A stretch of DNA of 41,474 nt from an uncultured Saprospiraceae bacterium (GTDB lineage: Bacteria > Bacteroidota > Bacteroidia > Chitinophagales > Saprospiraceae): positions 1-41,474 of the forward strand of contig CAMZLN010000114.1 of the NCBI GenBank assembly GCA_947311465.1. Direction: 5' to 3'. The notes below the pieces were generated by a model. That model was given only the letters and a program-made list of their open reading frames with translations. It was not told where the DNA came from and did not search any database. The position numbers and the translations under genes were made by a program. Each line of letters opens with the position of its first letter. The stretch's first letter is position 1. Of this stretch, positions 1 to 8,100 are shown one piece after another.

Positions 1-3000
1 ACATCCACCATCAACTTCAATAATAATATTATTTGAAGGGCTACAACTTTCACCTATTAAAGAAAAGTCTAAAACAGTTCCATTAGATATAGGCCCATCT
101 AGTACAATACTAGCTATTTTGCTCCCTGAAATATTACCCGTATTATCAGCACAATACATATTTACTGTAATTGACTCTCCATCTTGAATGTCTTGTTTTA
201 CAACTTTAATAGAACCATTTACCGATATACTATCTGGTTGTGAACAAGAAAACAATTCTACAAATTCCAATTCAGACTTTACGGTATTAAATACTGCCTC
301 ATCAAAATCTAATTGAATCGTATTATCTGGACACCTACCAGGAGGAGGTAAAGATTCACAAACTAAACCAGGTATTGTCTGATTTAATTCTATAGATACC
401 CTATCAGAAAATGCACATTGTGGCGTAGCATTAAAAATCGCATTTACACTAAAATTCAAATCAACTCCAGATGTGATATCCATGACAGGCATATTTAAAA
501 CAACCACTTCTAACCCCGTGATTGGGTCAATTCTAGTTTCGACAAAAACTGGACATCCAACACTTGTACAACTCAATGAATTTGACACATAACTAGCATT
601 AGCTGGCATCGTAATATAAATTGTATCACGAACCGTTGTCATATTTTGCCCAATTGGAGTTAATGATAAATTGAAATTTATCGGAAAACTACTACAAGCA
701 GCTACGGGGCTATTAATTAAAGTTGTAAAATTAGCTAAATATGGTGCTTCAGCACCAATAATGTATAAATCATCCGATAAAATAGCCGTTCCATTTCCAA
801 TTGCAGGCGAATCACATTGTCTATCACCAAGAGCAATAAACCTAATATTATCACCCGAAACAAACCCACAATCAGTTGTAAACGAAATACTTATTTCAGA
901 AACCCTTTCATTAAAAATGGCCGCATCAACTGTTCCAGGAATACCGATATCACTTATTTGAGTATGATCTTCTAGATTAATAAATATTGTATCATTTGAT
1001 TGGGTATAAACAAAATTTTCAATCTGTCCTGAGCCCTTCGGATATTCCACCTTCAATAAATTGGAAATAGGAAACAACCCATTAGGCAACTTTATTGCCA
1101 ATTTAGGATTATCTAAATATGCTGATTGAGCACTAGTGATCAGTATTTTATAACTTAATGTATCGCAAAAATTCAATGGTATTATTGGCTCTTCACTTAA
1201 ATCCATTTGCACTTCAGATGACAATTGAATTCCGTTCAACTCTAATGTATCAGAACAGTTTTGGATGTCATTTACAGTAGTTGGAAAATCCGAACAATGA
1301 TATCCAGAAATCAAGTTTACGTTTACATCTGAACAATTATCAATTACATCTGCACAAACTTCATAACTTGTTGATGCTCCAGCAATATTATCCCCTACAA
1401 AATAAAAGCCATTGGTTTCAGTCAATGCAATACCATCATCGGTAATAGTAACATTTTGAAGTGTACCATTAAAATCATCTACATAAAACCATGAATTAGC
1501 TGCATCATTTCCATTATTACTTGCATTATTTAAAATGACGTCCCAACACATTCTATTGGTAGAAAACTCTTTTGTTCCACCTCCTGAAAGGTAGGGTTTT
1601 GGAGGATCATAGGTTATTTTTGATTTATATACCCCTCTTCCAGAACAATTTAAAGAGTTCCAATTTGTACTTGGAGTATTTATACCGTTTCCAATGGCAA
1701 CAAATTTAAAACTGGCTGGATAATCTATAGCTTCAGCGTCACAGGAAGGATCTACAGAAAAAGTAATATAAGCACTTGAAACTTCATCTGTTAACCGCTT
1801 TGTTCCACCCTGTGGCTCAAAAAATTGCTTTAAATTTTTAAATTTCAAGGTATCACCTACTTGAACCACATCTGCATCTGGAATCCAATTTCCAGAAAAC
1901 TTTCCACTTCCTGAACGATAAGCCAACTCATGAGGCCAATATAAAATAGCTTCATCATATTGTGTAAAAGTTCTAAATTCGTATGGAAACCAAACATTTC
2001 TTGCTTGCTTATTTATGTAAGTTCTGAAATAAACTCTAATGCTATTATCACAACCATGAACAGTTTGTGGATTAGGTAAATAGGGGCTATGAAAGATATC
2101 ATAAACCGTTAAATAGTCATTATAATTGTCACAAGTGTAAAAATCATCTATGTTACTTGGATTTGGAATATAACTGCTATAGACTTTATTAGAAGATGTA
2201 TATTCTACAAATCCTCCATAATCCGTTCTTGCATTCGATATATAAAGTGCTTCCAGATGGATAGAATCTCCTGGAGCCCAAGTCGCTTTACAACTAGATA
2301 AATCATATTTTGCAATTTCACCATTTAAAACTGGAGAAATAATACATGTTGATGGAGCACCATTCTTTGGAAAAATACTAACTTTTGCATTTGGAAGTGT
2401 AGTGAATAAATAATCAAAAGAAGCACATGTTCGATTTACACGTTTGGTATTGAACTCAACATAGACATGGTTAAAATCAACATTCTTGTTTGGTTCAACT
2501 GTATTCCTATATACTACAATATCCCATGTACCCTTAATTGTATCTCCATTTACAGCATGGTGTAAGGCGATCAAACTAGGATCTGCCTTTGCCGTTCCAT
2601 CAGCAACTCCATTATTATCATTATCTTGAAGACCATAATTTATACGTTCTAGACTAAAAGCAACAGGCGTAGCCCCTCCACGAGGACAAGGATTATTATT
2701 ACAATGTAAATTATAACTTTTATCGGTACAACCAAATACAATACTATCATCGGTACATGAATCGTCATACTTTTTTTCGTGATGAATTTTTATACTTTTA
2801 CTTCCTCCACCGACTGAGCAATTTGTGATCATAGGAATATTAATTATCCCAGTAAACGAGGCAAGATAATTGGGTAATTTAATTCTAATTTCATTCCCTG
2901 TTTGAGTAACAGGCACTGTATACCTACCAAAACTTAATGAAGAGCCTCCATCATAAATCAAACCAGTATCGGTCAAATCTAAAACTAAGTAATTCGAGCC

Positions 3001-6000
3001 TAAATTCCCTGATTTAACATATGTATAAATTCGACTATAGTCAATACCTAAAGTAAAACTTTCTCCATCTTCTAGTTCTATCGGCATAGTTACACTATAA
3101 TCTGCAAAATTATGACCTCCTGAACCATAGTGTTTTCTAGGTTGAATGTAGTCATCTGTCCCACATTGATTTTTATATTCATACGACATATTAAAATACC
3201 ACCAAGTAGATCTTGTATAACAATCATTGTAACATGTTAATTTATTAATATAAGTTGGCACTTCAATATAAATACTTTCTCCAGCAGGTATGAGTATTCC
3301 AACTGCAGTTTGTTCTACACATCTTGCATATGACTTACTGACACAATCTGCTGTAAAATAACTTCCATTAAGTAAACTTTTATAATTACTCATCTCACCC
3401 AGCACATTTCCATCTTTATCTTTAACTGTCCATAAATCATCTGCAAAATAATTATTTCCAGATCCACTTCCTGGTGTGTAGTTGTACATTTGCAATTTAA
3501 AATCCTTTGCAGGACCATTTCCTGAATTAGTTACTTTAACAATCTGAAGAACGGGTGTTCCACCTTCCTTGCTGTTATCTCCGTTGTAACAAAAATCGTT
3601 GTCTATATCAATAGAAATACTTACATTTGGGACGAGATTGGGAACAATTGTTTGTTGAGTAACAATATTTGACTCTTGACATTTACCTGGACAGCCCCAA
3701 TATGAACCATAGTAGGATTCATTATTATTACAATCTAACACATCATAAGTCCTTCTTAAAAGCACCTTTTCCCCATTATCAAATTGTAAATTTTGATTAC
3801 CAAACTCTTTAATAATCACTTCATTAATGGTATAAAAAAGAGTATCTCCATTTGTACTTGATGGGGTAAGAATAGTACCCAATGGTAAAGTTTCTACCTG
3901 TGTAGTACCCGTTCCTGGAGAATCAATAATAAAAAATGTCAAATCATTTAAATATCCTTGTCCTCCGTTAGTGATCTCGATACTACGTGTCACCGATGTT
4001 CCCACATTTGCAGAAACTGATCCAGAACCTACCAAACTTAAAGAAGCAACAAATAATCTATAACTATTAACTATCGGATTATTTTCTATTAATTCACCTT
4101 GAGTAGTCTTAACAGTAATTTCATCCTTAAATGTTCCTCCATTTGAAAGGTAATCATAAGCATCACAACTTGAATTTGAAGCTCTAGTCCATTCAAAAAC
4201 AATTTCATCACCAACATTTAGGCTAGAAGGTGTAAGTTTAAAAATAGGAGATAATAAATTTGATATATCAAATTCAGTTATTTCTACACCACCACTACTT
4301 GAAATTTTACGAATACTACCTGGCTCATACGTAATTCCTGGAGGAAAATTAATGATCACTTTTGCACTATCAGCACAATCCGAAGTAACAACAAATCTTG
4401 CCTGATTAATCCCCCCTTCAACACATGAATTTATATCTTCATTCAATAATGGTACACCAGCACTTGTTGTATAACTAATTTCTCCTGGAACAACATCAAT
4501 AACTTTCGTCTCTTGAAGTGCAACAATATCCATATTTTGACATTTTCCATTACATCCCCAATATGCTCCATAAAACGATTCTGGATTGTCACAATCTAAA
4601 GCCAAAAAAGTTCTATTAAAGGTCAATTGCTCATTCAATTCAAATACTGAATTATTATTTCCAAATTCTTCAATAATAGTAGATGTAATTGTATAGAAAA
4701 GAGTATCGCCACTTTGAGATGATGGAGAAATTAATGTACCCGCTGGGGTTTCCAATTGCGTAGTTGAAGTAAAAGAACCATTCACAATATAGAAAGTAAA
4801 TTCACCTAGAGCGCCTTGACCTGTATTATCAACAAGGATACTACTTGTAACTGCTGTATTTACTGGTGTAGATACAGAATTAGTAGTAATACCTATTTTC
4901 GGTGAAATTAAAGTATAATTGTTTAATAGTAGATCTACTTCTGAAACACTACCTTCATTTGTATTTATAAATATTTCATCTTTGAAAGTATTGCCATTTT
5001 CTAAATTACTATATGCGATACAATCTGTTACAGATCTTCTCCATTCAAAAATAATTTCATCTCCTAAACTTAATGAATCTGGAGTGATATAAAAAATAGG
5101 TTTATGTAGATCAGAGATATCGTACTCTGTAATATTCAATCCACCCGTAGATGAAATAGTAGAAATACTTCCTGGTGAATATGATATTCCTGCCGGGAAT
5201 TTTATTTCCACCTTTGCGCTGTCTGCACAATCAGTTTCAACTACAAACCGTGCTTGATTTATACCTTCTTCACAAGACTCTAAATCAAAATTATCTAAAG
5301 CAGTACCTCCCCCATCTGTATAACTTATAGATCCCGGAGTAATACCATTTATAATAGTTTTTTGTAAAAAAATGATACTTTCTTGACATTTTCCATTACA
5401 TCCCCAATATGCTCCATAATATGAATTGGGATTATCACAATCCAAAGCTTCATAAGTTCTTTCAAAAGTCAATTGCTCATTCAATTCAAATACTGAATTA
5501 TTATTTCCAAATTCTTCAATAATAGTAGATGTAATTGTATAGAAAAGAGTATCGCCACTTTGAGATGCAGGTGTAAGTACCAAACCTGAAGGTGTAACCA
5601 ATTGATTTGTAGATGTAAAGTTTCCATTTACTATATAAAAAGTAAAATCACTTAATGCTCCTTGACCAGTATTGTCTAAAGATATATTAGTTGTTGTCGG
5701 TGTATTTATCGTGGTAGTTATAGAAGTTGAAGAAATATCTATTTGTGGCTGTATTAATGCATAATTATTTACAGAAGGATCCGTTTCTGAAATACTTCCT
5801 ATTTTAGTCGAAATTACTAGTTCATCTTTAAAAATATCTCCATTATTATAGTTTTCAAATGCAATACAATCCGTTACAGATCTTCCCCATTCAAAAACAA
5901 TTTCATCACCTTCGGATAAAGATTCTGGACTAATATAAAAAACAGGTGCATTTAAGTCTGAAATATCAAACTCGGTGATATCCAAACCACCAACAGAAGA

Positions 6001-7533
6001 TATAGTTGATATACTTCCTGCAACATAGTTTACTCCTTTTGGAAAACTAATCTCAACTTTTGCACTATCAACACAATTTGATGTGACAACAAATCTTGCT
6101 TGATTAATTGTAGATTCACAAGTAATTATATCTTCATTTTCCAAGGCAATGCCATTATCCGTAGAATAAGTAATATCCCCTGGAACAATTCCTGTCATAA
6201 TAGTTTCCTGAAGATTAATATTTTCAGATGTTCCACAGACTCCATTACAGCCCCAATATGCTCCATAATATGATTCTGGATCATTACAATCTTGGGCTGA
6301 ATAGGTTCGATCTAATAATATTTTCTCACCTACTTCAAATTTTGTATCATTATTTCCAAACTCCTGAATAATAGCAGGAGAGATTCTATAAAAAATGGTA
6401 TCATTATTTTGAGAAATGGGCGAAATAACTGTACCTGTACTAGTTGCCAAATCTGTAGTTGTAGTAAATAATCCATCAACAATAAAAAATGCAAAATCAT
6501 CTAATGCTCCAAATCCTGTATTTTCAATACTGATACTACTACTTACAGAAGTATTTACTGTAGCCGTTACAGTAGTAGATGACAATGTTATTTTCGGTAT
6601 AATTAAGGTATAATTATTTAATGATAAATCCGAATCAGCTACAAAACCACCTTCTGACCTCACTACTATTTCATCCTTAAAAGTATCTCCATTATTGAAA
6701 TTATCATATATGGTGCAATCGGTTACAGATCTACTCCATTGAAAAACAATATCATTATTCTTTGAGAAATCTCCTGAAACTAAAAAAATAGGAGAAGATA
6801 GATTACTTATATCTGATTCTGTAATTAACAATCCCCCGACACTAGACACCACACTAATACTTCCACTAGTATATGTAATACCTGTTGGAAAATTAATATT
6901 CACATTAATATTATCAACACAATCCGCTGTAATGGTAAACTGAGCTTGATTCACTCCTTCTTCACAAGTCTCTAAATTTTCTGCTGCCGCAACTCCACCA
7001 TAAGATATTTCTCCTGGAATTGTATTTACAACTGTTGTAATCTGTACAAAAGTATTTGATGATGTACAATTCAATGGACAATCCCATATTGCAGCATAAT
7101 CTGAATTCAATTCATCACATTGGAGAACAGTAAATGTTCTAATCAAGGAAATAACTTCACTGTTTTCTTGAACACCGTTATTGTTTCCAAATTCAGAAAT
7201 TATCGCTGATGTAATTCTATAAAAAAGAGTATCTCCATTTACACTAGAAGGACTAATTACGGTCCCCATTGGACTCGTTTCTAAATTTGTAGTATTTGTC
7301 CCTTTTTTATTATCTATATAAAATGTAAAACCATTGACTAAATCAGTTCCAGTATTAACAATATTAATGGTGGAACTTTCTGAGGCACCAGTATTAGAGA
7401 CAATAGCTCCATCCCCATTTACGTTTAGATTAGCCTGTCCAAATCCAAAAATAGAGCAACATATCACTAATAAGATAGCAAAACCCATTTTTTTATTCAA
7501 AAAATAATTTTCCATAAAATATACTTGTTTCAT
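1..7533 (-). CDS. Giant secreted cell-surface repeat protein (adhesin-like), N-terminal 2511 codons; the C-terminus lies beyond the left window edge
   Basis: Not in the ORF track because it has no in-window stop. I read + strand triplets in frame 1 over 1-720, 2761-3060 and 7441-7551. None is tta/cta/tca, so the minus frame is open there. The in-frame upstream stop is at 7549-7551 and the first ATG at 7533 (alternatives 7515, 7488). Eye translation across the rest gave continuous sensible protein. The N-terminus MKQVYFMENYFLNKKMGFAILLVICCSIFGFGQA looks like a signal peptide. The body has tandem beta-sandwich-like units and one DNDNNGVADG calcium-loop-like motif near 2600-2640. Only two short antisense ORFs exist on the + strand across 7.5 kb. 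Confidence 0.85.
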   Translation of the reverse strand, partial: MKQVYFMENYFLNKKMGFAILLVICCSIFGFGQANLNVNGDGAIVSNTGASESSTINIVNTGTDLVNGFTFYIDNKKGTNTTNLETSPMGTVISPSSVNGDTLFYRITSAIISEFGNNNGVQENSEVISLIRTFTVLQCDELNSDYAAIWDCPLNCTSSNTFVQITTVVNTIPGEISYGGVAAAENLETCEEGVNQAQFTITADCVDNINVNINFPTGITYTSGSISVVSSVGGLLITESDISNLSSPIFLVSGDFSKNNDIVFQWSRSVTDCTIYDNFNNGDTFKDEIVVRSEGGFVADSDLSLNNYTLIIPKITLSSTTVTATVNTSVSSSISIENTGFGALDDFAFFIVDGLFTTTTDLATSTGTVISPISQNNDTIFYRISPAIIQEFGNNDTKFEVGEKILLDRTYSAQDCNDPESYYGAYWGCNGVCGTSENINLQETIMTGIVPGDITYSTDNGIALENEDIITCESTINQARFVVTSNCVDSAKVEISFPKGVNYVAGSISTISSVGGLDITEFDISDLNAPVFYISPESLSEGDEIVFEWGRSVTDCIAFENYNNGDIFKDELVISTKIGSISETDPSVNNYALIQPQIDISSTSITTTINTPTTTNISLDNTGQGALSDFTFYIVNGNFTSTNQLVTPSGLVLTPASQSGDTLFYTITSTIIEEFGNNNSVFELNEQLTFERTYEALDCDNPNSYYGAYWGCNGKCQESIIFLQKTIINGITPGSISYTDGGGTALDNFDLESCEEGINQARFVVETDCADSAKVEIKFPAGISYSPGSISTISSTGGLNITEYDISDLHKPIFYITPDSLSLGDEIIFEWRRSVTDCIAYSNLENGNTFKDEIFINTNEGSVSEVDLLLNNYTLISPKIGITTNSVSTPVNTAVTSSILVDNTGQGALGEFTFYIVNGSFTSTTQLETPAGTLISPSSQSGDTLFYTITSTIIEEFGNNNSVFELNEQLTFNRTFLALDCDNPESFYGAYWGCNGKCQNMDIVALQETKVIDVVPGEISYTTSAGVPLLNEDINSCVEGGINQARFVVTSDCADSAKVIINFPPGITYEPGSIRKISSSGGVEITEFDISNLLSPIFKLTPSSLNVGDEIVFEWTRASNSSCDAYDYLSNGGTFKDEITVKTTQGELIENNPIVNSYRLFVASLSLVGSGSVSANVGTSVTRSIEITNGGQGYLNDLTFFIIDSPGTGTTQVETLPLGTILTPSSTNGDTLFYTINEVIIKEFGNQNLQFDNGEKVLLRRTYDVLDCNNNESYYGSYWGCPGKCQESNIVTQQTIVPNLVPNVSISIDIDNDFCYNGDNSKEGGTPVLQIVKVTNSGNGPAKDFKLQMYNYTPGSGSGNNYFADDLWTVKDKDGNVLGEMSNYKSLLNGSYFTADCVSKSYARCVEQTAVGILIPAGESIYIEVPTYINKLTCYNDCYTRSTWWYFNMSYEYKNQCGTDDYIQPRKHYGSGGHNFADYSVTMPIELEDGESFTLGIDYSRIYTYVKSGNLGSNYLVLDLTDTGLIYDGGSSLSFGRYTVPVTQTGNEIRIKLPNYLASFTGIINIPMITNCSVGGGSKSIKIHHEKKYDDSCTDDSIVFGCTDKSYNLHCNNNPCPRGGATPVAFSLERINYGLQDNDNNGVADGTAKADPSLIALHHAVNGDTIKGTWDIVVYRNTVEPNKNVDFNHVYVEFNTKRVNRTCASFDYLFTTLPNAKVSIFPKNGAPSTCIISPVLNGEIAKYDLSSCKATWAPGDSIHLEALYISNARTDYGGFVEYTSSNKVYSSYIPNPSNIDDFYTCDNYNDYLTVYDIFHSPYLPNPQTVHGCDNSIRVYFRTYINKQARNVWFPYEFRTFTQYDEAILYWPHELAYRSGSGKFSGNWIPDADVVQVGDTLKFKNLKQFFEPQGGTKRLTDEVSSAYITFSVDPSCDAEAIDYPASFKFVAIGNGINTPSTNWNSLNCSGRGVYKSKITYDPPKPYLSGGGTKEFSTNRMCWDVILNNASNNGNDAANSWFYVDDFNGTLQNVTITDDGIALTETNGFYFVGDNIAGASTSYEVCADVIDNCSDVNVNLISGYHCSDFPTTVNDIQNCSDTLELNGIQLSSEVQMDLSEEPIIPLNFCDTLSYKILITSAQSAYLDNPKLAIKLPNGLFPISNLLKVEYPKGSGQIENFVYTQSNDTIFINLEDHTQISDIGIPGTVDAAIFNERVSEISISFTTDCGFVSGDNIRFIALGDRQCDSPAIGNGTAILSDDLYIIGAEAPYLANFTTLINSPVAACSSFPINFNLSLTPIGQNMTTVRDTIYITMPANASYVSNSLSCTSVGCPVFVETRIDPITGLEVVVLNMPVMDITSGVDLNFSVNAIFNATPQCAFSDRVSIELNQTIPGLVCESLPPPGRCPDNTIQLDFDEAVFNTVKSELEFVELFSCSQPDSISVNGSIKVVKQDIQDGESITVNMYCADNTGNISGSKIASIVLDGPISNGTVLDFSLIGESCSPSNNIIIEVDGGC
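3650..7420 (-). repeat. In-frame tandem coding repeats, unit about 840-860 nt (about 282 aa), four full copies plus a partial fifth
   Basis: The landmark motif (Y)YGAYWGCNGKC (degenerate, DYAAIWDC, in the first copy) recurs at about 7087, 6250, 5401, 4555 and 3695. Other recurring motifs are C-EG-NQARFVV-DC-DSAKV-I-FP-GI-Y-GS and FEW-RSVTDC. A 100-nt block is perfectly identical between 4622-4721 and 5468-5567 (offset 846). Confidence 0.85.
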
Positions 7534-8100
7534 ATTTTTGTTTTTTTTTCAACTTATGTTATTAAGCCTTTCAACAATGATTCCAAAAAGGGATGTTTTA
7601 TATACTATTTCATTACAACACACTAACAACCGTATATATGTAATATGTTTGTTTAATTTAATTGAACAGCATACAGCAAGTGAATTTAAATTGTTTTATC
7701 TTGGGAATTATTTTTATATTTTTGCAAAAAAAAATAAAGCTTCAAATTGTCTATTTTTCTAAATTCTACTTATTTATAAATATTTTCCATCAATAAGTGT
7801 ATTAAGTAAAACAATTAAAAACCTTAAAAAGTAAGTATGATACACCTAATTAGTGTCTGGACGGAAACTCATCAAAATTAAAAATGTTTTTTTTTGTAAA
7901 AATTGTGAGTTTCCATCCAACCACTAAATAGAAGGTAGGAAATTGTTGCAGCAAGGATCTATGGGCGCTGAATAGTTCCAAGACAATTGAATATTACAGA
8001 ATCTAAATCTACCCACTATGTCAAACACTCACTCCTTTTAAATATTTGGCATAGTTTTTTTAGTAACATAAGTTTTATAATTAATTAAAAAAGTATCAAC

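Noticed and set aside
671-961. 96-aa + strand ORF (and the 65-aa ORF at 6416-6613) inside the left 7.5 kb
   Set aside because: Both lie antisense to the long open minus-strand frame of the giant repeat gene. They have low-complexity, hydrophobic translations and no start context. They are antisense artefacts.
3650-7420. Regular tandem repetition that could be mistaken for a CRISPR-like or satellite array
   Set aside because: The period is about 846 nt, in frame and protein-coding, with diverged units and no short repeat-spacer architecture.
7538-7762. 74-aa + strand ORF in the divergent intergenic region
   Set aside because: It starts at a non-ATG codon in a T-run. Its translation is a Phe/Leu/Ile-rich product of AT-rich DNA, and it sits where promoters of two divergent genes are expected. 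There is no supporting signal.
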